From assembly GCA_003141415.1 (NCBI GenBank), contig PLLX01000162.1:7015-62266 (forward strand): DNA of 55,252 bases. Direction: 5' to 3'. Each line of letters starts with the position of its first letter. The first letter of the stretch is position 1. The position numbers and the translations under genes were made by a program. The notes under the pieces were generated by a model, which worked only from the letters and a program-made list of their open reading frames with translations, was not told where the DNA came from and did no database searches. Origin of the DNA: Bacteroidales bacterium (GTDB lineage: Bacteria; Bacteroidota; Bacteroidia; Bacteroidales; VadinHA17). Shown piece after piece: positions 29,855 through 40,020 of this stretch.

Positions 29855-31177
29855 TTGGTTGATTCAAATATTTCAATCAATTTGACTAATCGTAAAGAAT
29901 ATAATCTGACAGATTTTACAAATGTGTATAGTAGAATAATGCAATTTGATAAGAACAAATCAGCATATATTCATCAATGGTATCCATTTGTAGAGGGTTA
30001 TTCAAAAGAGTTTATTACTAGTATAATTGACGAGTTAGACTACAAACCAAAACATGCATTTGATCCTTTCGTTGGAAGTGGTACTACACCCCTAGAACTT
30101 CAAGAAATAGGAATAAAGTGTTCCTCTTTTGAAGTAAGTCCATTTATGCATAAATTGGCAACCGTAAAACTTGAAAGGAGTTATAATCAGAATGGTTTCC
30201 AAAATGCATTAGATGCTGTTTGTCATAATCTTAACGGAAAATTGCTTCCAATTAGAAATATTATGGAACCACCAATTGCAAAAACAATTCAGCAAAGAAA
30301 AGGCCTTGATAAGTGGCTATTTAACAGACCAGTAATGGATGGTATTCTTGATATTAAGCATGTGATTTGTAAAATTGGTGATGAAAAGTATAAAGATTTG
30401 TTTACTATTGCGTTAGCATCAATTTTACTTGATGTCAGTAATGTTTATAGGGATGGGAAAAGCGTAAAGTATAAGAAAGATTGGAAGAGAATAAAAATAA
30501 AGCGGAGAGATGTACATTTGAAATTTGTAACTGTATTAAAAGAAACTTTTCTCCCGGATATCATACTATTAGAATCAAAAGAGATAGTTGTTGAAAACAA
30601 AGATTTGTGCATTCTAGGGGATGTTAGAGAAGGTATTAAAGATTTTAAAGATGATAGTATTGATCTTGTAATAACTTCTCCGCCTTATTTGAATTCTCGG
30701 GATTATACTGATATATATATAGCGGAACTTTGGGTTTTGGGATTTATCAAGAATTACGATGAATTAAGATCACTAAGGAATCGAACCATACGATCACATG
30801 TGCAAGTCAAGCACGGTGATATTGAAATTATTGATTCGCAAGAATTAAGAAATGTAATCGGAAAACTATCAGAGAATACCAAGGACCATTGGAATAAGGA
30901 AATCATAGGTATGATTAAAGGATATTTTTTAGATATGAAGAATTTATTTATAGAGTTACGGAAAAAAATGCAATCTGAAAAAAAAATTTTCTTTAATGTA
31001 GCTAATTCTGCATATTATGGGGTAGAAATAAAAGTTGATATGATCATGGCCGAAATAGCCGAAAATTGTGGATTTAAAGTTGAAGAAGTTCGAAAAGCCA
31101 GAGATTTAAAACCTAGTAGTCAACAAAAAGATCTTATTGATTCTTTGAGGGAAAGTATTATTGTTCTAACCTCCTAA
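29855..31177 (+). CDS. Amino-DNA methyltransferase (alpha order, probably N4-cytosine)
   Basis: Motif I FDPFVGSGTT precedes motif IV TSPPY; HQWYPFVEGYS. Confidence 0.9.
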   Translation: MVDSNISINLTNRKEYNLTDFTNVYSRIMQFDKNKSAYIHQWYPFVEGYSKEFITSIIDELDYKPKHAFDPFVGSGTTPLELQEIGIKCSSFEVSPFMHKLATVKLERSYNQNGFQNALDAVCHNLNGKLLPIRNIMEPPIAKTIQQRKGLDKWLFNRPVMDGILDIKHVICKIGDEKYKDLFTIALASILLDVSNVYRDGKSVKYKKDWKRIKIKRRDVHLKFVTVLKETFLPDIILLESKEIVVENKDLCILGDVREGIKDFKDDSIDLVITSPPYLNSRDYTDIYIAELWVLGFIKNYDELRSLRNRTIRSHVQVKHGDIEIIDSQELRNVIGKLSENTKDHWNKEIIGMIKGYFLDMKNLFIELRKKMQSEKKIFFNVANSAYYGVEIKVDMIMAEIAENCGFKVEEVRKARDLKPSSQQKDLIDSLRESIIVLTS

Positions 31178-31187
31178 TAAATTATTA

Positions 31188-32303
31188 TTATCTAGGATTT
31201 AGGTTTTCAACTCTAAGATCTGGAAATTTATTAAACTGAGCTGAATACAATTTTAAATCGTCAGAAAGTTGTGACATATCAAAGTTTTCGCAACTATCCT
31301 TTTCTGATTTATTTGATTGAGCATCAAATACAGCTAAGAAACCTATCTTTATTTTTTGATTTGTTTCATAGAGCTCTTTAATATATTCAATTGATTGAAT
31401 TACTGCATCCGGACTAATATCACGTTGCTGATAACATATTCCAAAATTATCGCCCTTTGCATGGATGCTTAAACCGATCCATTTAACTTCAATTAAATAT
31501 AGTTCACCAAAATTATCCCTAATAAAGATATCCAAACGTCTAAAATTCTCAAGAATGTACTCTTTCCCTAGGAAGGACCCTTGTAGTTTATTTACTAAAA
31601 AAATTCTTAAGTCTTCTCTAAAGATATCCTCAGGTTTATTGTTAAGTAGCTGTTTGTTATCTTCTAAAAAATCTTCTATAGATAACACTGTCGTATCATT
31701 GTCTCTTAGAATTCTATGTAAAGCAATTTTTCCAGAATTAGGAACAAAAAATTTACTGTAGGTGTTTCTTTGCCGTAGATTAATCTGATATTCATGAATT
31801 AATTCATCGATTTGATTAATGTCTTTAAGTTTGTTAAATCTATCCTGATCAGCGGAAGAATAAAAAATTGAATCACCAACATCATAACCATAAATGAAGT
31901 AATGAACCCCTTGATTGCTAATATGAAATACACAGTATTCATTAGATATTTCAGTATAAATTCTCCTAACATCATTTCCATTGGTGAGTAATTTTCGTTC
32001 TGATAATATAACATCAAAGTTCCTGTCTACAATAATATGATTGTTTGTAGCTAATCTAACAGTTCCAAGCTGTATATTAATATTATCAATAATTTTTTCA
32101 TATAAGTTCTCAATTTCTCCATAATCAATCAGAATAGCTAAAAAACCCGTAACAGGGTGATTATTTTGATAAGTTTTGAGAGATGCTAGGAGTCGTTTGA
32201 AATTATCATTTTCATTAATCCCTGATGTACCTCTTTTAATAATCTTATATTCGTTCTTTCTAATGAGACTTGTAAAGTCTTCGCCTTTAAATTCAAATGT
32301 CAT
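31188..32303 (-). CDS. Hypothetical protein with C-terminal PD-(D/E)xK-like nuclease
   Basis: PEDIFREDL...RRLDIFI...LIEVKW pattern. Confidence 0.6.
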   Translation of the reverse strand: MTFEFKGEDFTSLIRKNEYKIIKRGTSGINENDNFKRLLASLKTYQNNHPVTGFLAILIDYGEIENLYEKIIDNINIQLGTVRLATNNHIIVDRNFDVILSERKLLTNGNDVRRIYTEISNEYCVFHISNQGVHYFIYGYDVGDSIFYSSADQDRFNKLKDINQIDELIHEYQINLRQRNTYSKFFVPNSGKIALHRILRDNDTTVLSIEDFLEDNKQLLNNKPEDIFREDLRIFLVNKLQGSFLGKEYILENFRRLDIFIRDNFGELYLIEVKWIGLSIHAKGDNFGICYQQRDISPDAVIQSIEYIKELYETNQKIKIGFLAVFDAQSNKSEKDSCENFDMSQLSDDLKLYSAQFNKFPDLRVENLNPR

Positions 32304-32304
32304 A

Positions 32305-32916
32305 CTAATTCCTCTTTATGATTTTACCGAAGATATATTCAAAATAAAGTTCCAAATATTCTCTGTCATCAATTTCGGAAACATCGTTAAGAGTTTCTTC
32401 GAATGCAATTTTAAATCTATTAAGAATATCTATTGTTTTATTCTGGTCTGATATATCTAGTTCTTTTTGGGAATTACGTTGAAAATCGTCTATATACTGT
32501 GGATCCTGTATTACAAACCCAAAAACTCTCTCTTCACCATAAAGACCTAAGATGTAAACAATTATTCTAAACCATTTTATTTTGCTATTTTCTGAACTGA
32601 AAATTTCTTTAATATTATTAAAATCAATACTTAAATTACCAGGTTTATCCTCGATAATAATTTCGCGTCTTTTTAAGTCAGTAATAGATCTATCAATAAT
32701 TTCAGAGTAGGGACCTGTAAGCGAAAGAGAAAAATGATAATTAGCATATGCAAGGTCATCTTCCTTGTTCATAAACGAATAAAGGACACTTGATAAATAT
32801 AAGATCCTGTGTATTGAAGGTTCTCTAAATTCAGACCAGCCTATTTCATTTGCAATCTTAAACAAATCAAGCAGATCTGAATTAACTTCGAACAAGTCAA
32901 CTGTCTTTTCTTTCAT
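32305..32916 (-). CDS. Small winged-helix-like protein (SocA/ABC-3C middle-component-like)
   Basis: IHRILYL...F...GPYS pattern; overlaps the ATPase stop. Confidence 0.5.
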   Translation of the reverse strand: MKEKTVDLFEVNSDLLDLFKIANEIGWSEFREPSIHRILYLSSVLYSFMNKEDDLAYANYHFSLSLTGPYSEIIDRSITDLKRREIIIEDKPGNLSIDFNNIKEIFSSENSKIKWFRIIVYILGLYGEERVFGFVIQDPQYIDDFQRNSQKELDISDQNKTIDILNRFKIAFEETLNDVSEIDDREYLELYFEYIFGKIIKRN

Positions 32917-34939
32917 TGATATTATTTTGAACTTTTTTTAAAATTGAATTAAGATTAGAATTAATGTTTTGGATAGATGATTTCTTTCCAATATCTAGCA
33001 GGTTAATTATTGACACATTTTTGGCATGCTTGGCAAGATAATTTAAAAATTCACTATTATTGATATTCGTAGTTAGTATTAGGCAGTATGGATTTTTTAA
33101 AAATTCTATAAAAACATCAGCTGCATTGCGTTCATATGAAATATCAAGACTACTGTCTGGAGTTTCAACCATATAGAACGATGGATTTTTATAGAAAAAC
33201 GATAGGATACTCATCCTAAATGAATGATCGACAAAGAACCTCTGCGACTCTGATAGTTCTTCTTCTTGTTCTCTTATTTTACCATCTATTACTGGATAAA
33301 ATCTTTTTTGACCATTTATATCATCATATGTTAATGAACACTTTACACCCAAAAATTTTTCAGCGTATCCTGAAAAGAGGCTCGAAAAACTTAATGCATT
33401 AAATAGGATTTCCTTTTCGATTTTATCATATATTTCTTGAGATCTCTCTTTGTAATTTCTACTTTTTTCTTGAAACTCGTCCTTTTCAATTTCAAGTTTA
33501 GCAATCTCATCATAAAAGGCTTGAAGATTGTCACCAGAAGCATTAGTATCATTCTGGCTTTTAACTAAATCGAATTCAAGATTTCGTAATTCAGAATTAA
33601 TTTCCCTTAACTCTTGATTATATTTTTGGAACTCTTTATCCAAATCATGAAGTTTTGATTCTAAGACATATACCTCATTTTGAAATTCACGAATACGAGT
33701 ATATGATGCAGTTATTTTCTCTCTATGAGAATCGCTCAAAGTATTAACTTCTTCTGGTACAGTTATTAATTGATCACACAAAATACAATTCTTATCATTG
33801 GATATCTTTTTTTTGATAAAACCTTCATCAAGCTCATTGCTACATAAGGGACATATTTGGTTTGCACTTAGACTTTTTACATATAGATCATAGTTCTTAT
33901 GTAAAGATATCCACCTTCTTTGTAATGCTTCTTTTTCAGCCATTTTCTGATTGGCTTCAAGTTGTGCAATTTCAAGACTAAGTTCATTTATTTTGTTACT
34001 TAAAATTTTCAATTCCTTATCAGATTCTTTTCTGAGATCTTGAAGAGATGTCAGTCTTTCAGAAATATTTTCCTTACTAATTCTTAGGGCTTCAATTTTT
34101 TCTCTGATAGTTTTAGGCTGGCCTGTTGATTTGTTAACCTCGACGTTTTCTAACACCTTTTTAATTACCCGAATATCTTCAGACTTGTGCCTAGCTTGTG
34201 TATCAAAATACTTTGCTTGTCGATTCGCTTCTTGTCTTTCTGTATTTAATACTCGATCATTAAAATATTTATTAAATAATTCGGTTTGGACATCATTAAA
34301 CTGATCATTATTCCATAGAATTGTTCGATGATCCTCACCTAAAAATAGAATTTTATTAACAAAGAATATTAGATCATCAAATTGCATATTTGAGAATTTC
34401 TCGAATGTCTTTTCGAATATGAAAGGGAGGGTAGACTTTAAAGTATCAAATAACCGATTTTTATTCGATATATCAGATTCTCTGGAGTATTCATAGAATA
34501 ATCTATCATATTCATATTGGTCAATTAAGGTTCCATTAAGTTGCATATTATCGACAGAAACACTAAGTATTTTAATCTCATCCATAGCTCTTACAACCTC
34601 GAAAGGAGTCCCATTAACTAAATATTTGATCTTCACTTTAGGGGAAGAATCAATTTCAATTGATTCATCCATTCTTTTTTTAAAGTAATTCCACGGATGA
34701 GGTATACGTTTTTCAATTTTATTACCTAGATAAGTTCGCGTAAAATCAAATCCTTCTTTGTAATGGCCAATAATTGAATACTTGATTACATTTACAAGTG
34801 AGGTCTTTCCCATGCCATTTCCACCCACGATAAGGTTTACTCCATTAATGAATTTATACTCAAAATCAAGACCATTAGGGAACAAAGTAAAGTTCTTGAT
34901 GGCAATAAACTCTAATTCAGGGAGATAGATGTCATTCAT
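32897..34939 (-). CDS. SMC/Rad50-like ABC ATPase
   Basis: Walker A GGNGMGKTS; long coiled coils with CPLC and CILC; signature LSESQ; Walker B-like YMVETPDSSLD. Confidence 0.85.
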   Translation of the reverse strand: MNDIYLPELEFIAIKNFTLFPNGLDFEYKFINGVNLIVGGNGMGKTSLVNVIKYSIIGHYKEGFDFTRTYLGNKIEKRIPHPWNYFKKRMDESIEIDSSPKVKIKYLVNGTPFEVVRAMDEIKILSVSVDNMQLNGTLIDQYEYDRLFYEYSRESDISNKNRLFDTLKSTLPFIFEKTFEKFSNMQFDDLIFFVNKILFLGEDHRTILWNNDQFNDVQTELFNKYFNDRVLNTERQEANRQAKYFDTQARHKSEDIRVIKKVLENVEVNKSTGQPKTIREKIEALRISKENISERLTSLQDLRKESDKELKILSNKINELSLEIAQLEANQKMAEKEALQRRWISLHKNYDLYVKSLSANQICPLCSNELDEGFIKKKISNDKNCILCDQLITVPEEVNTLSDSHREKITASYTRIREFQNEVYVLESKLHDLDKEFQKYNQELREINSELRNLEFDLVKSQNDTNASGDNLQAFYDEIAKLEIEKDEFQEKSRNYKERSQEIYDKIEKEILFNALSFSSLFSGYAEKFLGVKCSLTYDDINGQKRFYPVIDGKIREQEEELSESQRFFVDHSFRMSILSFFYKNPSFYMVETPDSSLDISYERNAADVFIEFLKNPYCLILTTNINNSEFLNYLAKHAKNVSIINLLDIGKKSSIQNINSNLNSILKKVQNNINERKDS

Positions 34940-35812
34940 AATTCACTAAATTCAATTATTAACATATAAAAGTACAAAACTTAATTAAAATCATTCAAGA
35001 GAGATCCATAAATAAATAAAATGTATTTAAATGTCGCCTAATTTCAAAATGATATTATTTCATACAATATTTTTGGGTGTGGTTATTTCAAATAGAATCC
35101 TTTTGAGCATATGTATTCCAAACTTAGCAGAGCGAATTTGCAAATACTTATGCGAACTCTTTGGAGAAAAACTTTTTGAGCGCAGTGAATAAAAAATCCG
35201 TATAGTGGCAAAGGGTAGCTAATTACATTAAGAAATTCTTTTGTAAATTGTTAACACAAAAGAATTTACAATGCAATTAGGGTTAACCGTGCGGCTATTT
35301 AATATAATGACTAAATATAGGCAAAAAGGGGGAGAAACTGGTTTTTATTATCCCGATAACTGCTCTTTTACTTACTTCATTAACCACTGAGATTGTAGGA
35401 TAAATTCTATTTGACATAATGTTAAAAGGCATGTTTAACGATATAAAGCATTGGGTACAAGAAGAATGCAAATACAACTTCTACAACCTCTATTATAGTA
35501 CAACCATTTATCACCTTTAAAGCCTTTACAGCTTCTACAACATTTTTTCTGACAGATATATAACCAGGATCAAAATAATCGATTCTAGATGGATTAAAGG
35601 CTGTCGCCCGAAGCCTCATGCCGGTCGCCAATTCTATTTGATATAATATTCAATTATAGCTGCAAAAAAAGGCAATAACGGGATGGAGCAAATTGCAGTA
35701 CTGGGAAGACCGCAAATTGCGTTGACATAAAATCGTAGCCGATATAGGGCTGTTACACAGCCGCTATATCTGATTTTATGTCAAATACTGCGTATATGCA
35801 ATTTGCTGGCGT

Positions 35813-35840
35813 TTTGCCTATAATTAATATTATGTAAAAT
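35813..35840 (+). other. dif-like XerC/XerD site
   Basis: TTTGCCTATAA-ttaata-TTATGTAAAAT; 11-6-11 layout, XerD arm 10/11 to TTATGTTAAAT. Confidence 0.65.
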
Positions 35841-35961
35841 AGGATATTTAACTTTTAGAGAACAACAATCACTTTAACCTGAATCTTCTAACCCACTGCT
35901 GCGCCTATTGATGCATTTTGTTATCCGATATATAAAAGCAGTTTCTTCATCAGGCGGAAAT

Positions 35962-35993
35962 AAAAAAGGGACGTAATTTTTTACATCCCTTTT
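35962..35993 (-). terminator. Intrinsic terminator of the gyrA-TPR operon
   Basis: AAAAAAGGGA...TCCCTTTT hairpin. Confidence 0.65.
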
Positions 35994-36015
35994 CTATAAT
36001 TATATAAGATTTTTC

Positions 36016-37176
36016 CTATTTTTTGTCGATAGCATCAAGTTTGGCTTTGATTACGGTATACTTGTCAGTCATTTTAAGTCTGTAATATAATTCCTGCAGA
36101 CTTCTCATTGTATAAACATCATCGGGTTTAAGTTCATAGGCTTTTTCCATATAAGGAAGAGCTTTAGCATACACTGCGTTTGCTACATCAATTGCTTCAC
36201 TGTATTTTTTTACATCCATGATTTCGTTGGCCTGTTTAAACATATCAGCAGCTTTGTTAATGTACGCAGCACCCAATCCGTATTGTGAATCATATACGTC
36301 TCCTTTGAGCTCAATTGATTTGGTAAGTTCAGGTATTGCTTCATCATATTTATTTTGATTCAGGAAGATAATGCCTGATGCAAGGAACAAACTGGAATTA
36401 TTCGGGTCTGCTTCCTTGGCAACTTTGATATATTTCTGAGCCTCTTCATTCTTACCACTCTTAATATAAAGATCGATTAGCTGCAATGTGACGTTTTTGT
36501 CATTTGGAAATTTGCTGCTTAATCCGGTCAGAACTGTTTCAGCCTTAGCTGTGTCGCCTACACTAAGATATGCTTCTGACATCTGAAAATATGGGGTAAT
36601 TCCCATGTATTTCATTTCAGCACATTTTTCGAAGTATTTAATTGCATCGGCATATTTAGCTGAATTCACAGCAGCAAGACCAGCGTTATAATACATTCCT
36701 GTATCAACAGCTCCCACGTATATGTCACTTTCAGTTATTTTAATCTGTGTTTGGAATGATTGAAGCGCTCCTGCATAATCTTTAGCTTCAAATTTTGTAC
36801 TACCCTGATTATAAAGACTTATAGCAAGGTTATTAAAGATGGAGCCAGTAATAATTTTCTTTTTTATTGTACCTTTTGGATCCAGTTCCATAGCTTTTTC
36901 GTATGCAGTAAAAGCTTCTGCAAGCGGGTCTTCATAATAAGCTTTGATCTTGGGATCTTTAGAATCAAATGTTGCCTGACAGAGTCTGCCTTTTGCAAAA
37001 TAAGTATTAAACCAGGTCGCTGTGGCCTCATTTGCCAAAGCCTGATCAATGGCATCTTTTGCTTTATCAAGAATTCCCTGGTCAATGTAACTGAGTGCAC
37101 TGGTAACCTTGCCCTTCTGGGCCATAGCTCCAAATGAAATACTAACGGCTGCTATCAGCAAAAAAAACTTTTTCAT
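36016..37176 (-). CDS. Secreted TPR-repeat protein
   Basis: Signal peptide; repeated A...Y.KA..L.P TPR pattern. Confidence 0.85.
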   Translation of the reverse strand: MKKFFLLIAAVSISFGAMAQKGKVTSALSYIDQGILDKAKDAIDQALANEATATWFNTYFAKGRLCQATFDSKDPKIKAYYEDPLAEAFTAYEKAMELDPKGTIKKKIITGSIFNNLAISLYNQGSTKFEAKDYAGALQSFQTQIKITESDIYVGAVDTGMYYNAGLAAVNSAKYADAIKYFEKCAEMKYMGITPYFQMSEAYLSVGDTAKAETVLTGLSSKFPNDKNVTLQLIDLYIKSGKNEEAQKYIKVAKEADPNNSSLFLASGIIFLNQNKYDEAIPELTKSIELKGDVYDSQYGLGAAYINKAADMFKQANEIMDVKKYSEAIDVANAVYAKALPYMEKAYELKPDDVYTMRSLQELYYRLKMTDKYTVIKAKLDAIDKK

Positions 37177-37233
37177 GTTTATAATTTTAATTTATTTGAC
37201 TGTAAAATTTCCTCAAATTTATAATATTACTTA

Positions 37234-39759
37234 TTAAACATCAAATTCTTTACCATTTTCCTCATCAATTATATTATTTTCTTCAGAAATACCTTTCTCT
37301 TCGGCCTCTTCTTCCTCATTAACAAGTACACAGGCTACTGATGCAATAATATCATTTTCCTTAAGGTTTATCAACCTTACTCCCTGTGTAGCTCTTCCCA
37401 TTACTCTTAATGCCGATACCGGACTTCTGAGAATATTTCCAAATTGAGTAATTATCATAAGATCATGATTATCAGTCACATCTTTCAATGCAATCAGTGT
37501 TCCCGTCTTTTCAGTTACATTAATTGTCTTTACTCCTTTTCCACCTCTGTTTGTGATTCTGTAACCATCTATATCGGATCTTTTTCCATATCCTTTCTCA
37601 GAAACAACCAGGATGTCTTTCTCTTTGTTTTCAACTGTTATCATGCCTACTACATAATCATTCTTTTCGCTTGCCAGTTTAATACCTCTGACGCCGGATG
37701 CAGTTCGGCCCATCGGTCTCACTGATGCTTCAGGAAAACGAATAGCACGTCCTGATTTAACAGCCAGCATAATATGATGTTGTCCGTTTGTCATTCTGGC
37801 TTCAAGAAGTTCATCACCTTCCCTTATGGTAATAGCATTTACTCCGTTAACCCTTGGTCGTGAATATGCTTCCAGCGAAGTCTTTTTTATGATTCCTTTA
37901 GTTGTACAAAGAACAATGAAATTATTATTAATATATTCTTCATCGTTCAGATTTTTAACATTAATGAACGCTCTTACATTATCATCCGGTTCAATGTTTA
38001 TAAGATTCTGCATAGCTCTTCCCTTAGAGATTCTTGATCCTTCCGGAATAGCATAAACCTTCAGCCAGTAACATTTTCCGTTCCTTGTGAAGAAAAGCAT
38101 GGTATTATGCATTGTTGCAATATACAGATGTTCGATAAAATCCTCGTCCCGTGTAGCACCACCTTTTGCGCCTGTGCCACCACGGTTTTGCCTTCTGAAC
38201 TCGGTTAATGGTGTTCTCTTGATATACCCCATATGAGAAATGGTAATTACCATCTCCTCATCGGCATAAAAATCTTCAGGATTAAACTCTTCAGCATTGG
38301 GAATTATTAAAGTACGTCTTTTATCGCCATATTTTTCTTTTACTTCAAGAAGTTCATCTTTAATAATTTTCATTTGAAGGTCAACATTTGCCAGAACACT
38401 TTTAAGGTATTCAATTAATGCCATTATCTCGCTATATTCTGCTCTTAATTTCTCCTGTTCCAGACCGGTAAGTTGTCGCAGGCGCATTTCTACTATCGCC
38501 TTCGACTGGATCTCTGAGAGTGAGAATCGTTCCATGAGCCTTTCTCTTGCCATATCCGGAGTCTGGGATCCTCTGATTATTGCAATTACTTCATCTATGT
38601 GATCACTTGCAATGATCAATCCAGCAAGGATATGTGCCCGTTTTTCAGCCTGATCAAGATCAAATTTTGTTCTCCTGATGATTACTTCATGACGATGTTT
38701 TACGAAATAATGTATTAATTCTTTAGTGTTTAGTGTTTTTGGACGACCCTTGACAAGCGCTATATTATTAACACTAAAAGATGTCTGAAGTGAAGAAAAC
38801 TTATAGAGGTTATTCAGTACCACATTTGCACTTGAATCTTTCTTGAGAATGATTACAATTCTCATCCCGTTGCGATCCGATTCATCATTTATATATGATA
38901 TCCCGTCCAGTTTCTTCTCATTTATGAGATCAGCAATTTTGCGGATCATCTCGGCCTTATTGACCATATAAGGAATTTCAGAAACAATAATACATTCCCT
39001 TCCGGAATGCGTTAATTCGATTTCCGTCTTTGCGCGTACAACTATCCTTCCTCTGCCGGTCTCTAGAGCATCTCTTATTCCCTGTTCACCATAAATTATG
39101 CCGCCGGTCGGGAAATCGGGCCCCTTTACAATGTGTAAAATTTCTTCGGTGGTAATATCATTATTATCAATGTAGGCTATTGTTGCATCAATAATTTCCG
39201 AAAGGTTATGAGGCGGCATATTAGTTGCCATTCCAACCGCTATACCCGAGGCGCCATTTACGAGAAGATTGGGTATTCTTGTCGGAAGAACAGAAGGTTC
39301 AGTTAAAGAATCATCGAAGTTGGGCTGAAAATCAACTGTATCCTTGTCAATATCAGCTAAAGTTTCCTCCGCAATTTTCTTAAGCCTTGCTTCAGTATAT
39401 CGCATTGCAGCAGGACTATCACCATCAACTGATCCAAAATTGCCCTGTCCGTCGACCAAAGGATATCTTAGTGACCATTCCTGAGCCATTCTTACCATGG
39501 CCTCGTATACTGAAGAATCACCATGCGGATGAAATTTTCCCAGCACCTCTCCCACTATTCTTGCCGATTTCTTATAAGGTTTATTAGAGAGGACTCCCAG
39601 TTCAGACATTCCAAATAGTACCCTGCGATGGACCGGTTTGAGACCATCTCTCACATCAGGTAATGCCCTCGATACAATAACCGACATCGAATAGTCGATA
39701 TATGCAGACTTCATCTCCTCCTCAATATTGACCTTTATGATTCTCTCTCTCTCTGACAT
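37234..39759 (-). CDS. gyrA: DNA gyrase subunit A
   Basis: [13 protein letters not shown] (catalytic Tyr) and GyrA-box-like QNRGGTG. Confidence 0.98.
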   Translation of the reverse strand: MSERERIIKVNIEEEMKSAYIDYSMSVIVSRALPDVRDGLKPVHRRVLFGMSELGVLSNKPYKKSARIVGEVLGKFHPHGDSSVYEAMVRMAQEWSLRYPLVDGQGNFGSVDGDSPAAMRYTEARLKKIAEETLADIDKDTVDFQPNFDDSLTEPSVLPTRIPNLLVNGASGIAVGMATNMPPHNLSEIIDATIAYIDNNDITTEEILHIVKGPDFPTGGIIYGEQGIRDALETGRGRIVVRAKTEIELTHSGRECIIVSEIPYMVNKAEMIRKIADLINEKKLDGISYINDESDRNGMRIVIILKKDSSANVVLNNLYKFSSLQTSFSVNNIALVKGRPKTLNTKELIHYFVKHRHEVIIRRTKFDLDQAEKRAHILAGLIIASDHIDEVIAIIRGSQTPDMARERLMERFSLSEIQSKAIVEMRLRQLTGLEQEKLRAEYSEIMALIEYLKSVLANVDLQMKIIKDELLEVKEKYGDKRRTLIIPNAEEFNPEDFYADEEMVITISHMGYIKRTPLTEFRRQNRGGTGAKGGATRDEDFIEHLYIATMHNTMLFFTRNGKCYWLKVYAIPEGSRISKGRAMQNLINIEPDDNVRAFINVKNLNDEEYINNNFIVLCTTKGIIKKTSLEAYSRPRVNGVNAITIREGDELLEARMTNGQHHIMLAVKSGRAIRFPEASVRPMGRTASGVRGIKLASEKNDYVVGMITVENKEKDILVVSEKGYGKRSDIDGYRITNRGGKGVKTINVTEKTGTLIALKDVTDNHDLMIITQFGNILRSPVSALRVMGRATQGVRLINLKENDIIASVACVLVNEEEEAEEKGISEENNIIDEENGKEFDV

Positions 39760-40020
39760 AACAGATTATTAATTAAGCATTTACAAATAAACCTCAAAGC
39801 CGGGGTTTAGATTTACGAAAGTAATCAAAATTTGGTTACTTTCGAGCTTCTGATCCTGTGAATTTTTAACATTCATTGTTAATAAATGGGCACGAATATT
39901 GTCATATATATATTATGCATAATTTAACTTTGAAATAGTAGTTATGCGTACTTTTGTCAAATAGAATCTGACAAAATGTCGTTTTGGTTTTATTAAATTT
40001 GTAATTTGATATTATAAAAT

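Noticed and set aside
29614-29958. 114-aa minus-strand ORF at the island edge
   Set aside because: Overlaps the methyltransferase start and has no recognisable domain.
32897-34939. Housekeeping SbcC/RecN or DndD assignment for the ATPase
   Set aside because: No sbcD or dndBCE neighbours, atypical motifs and island context.
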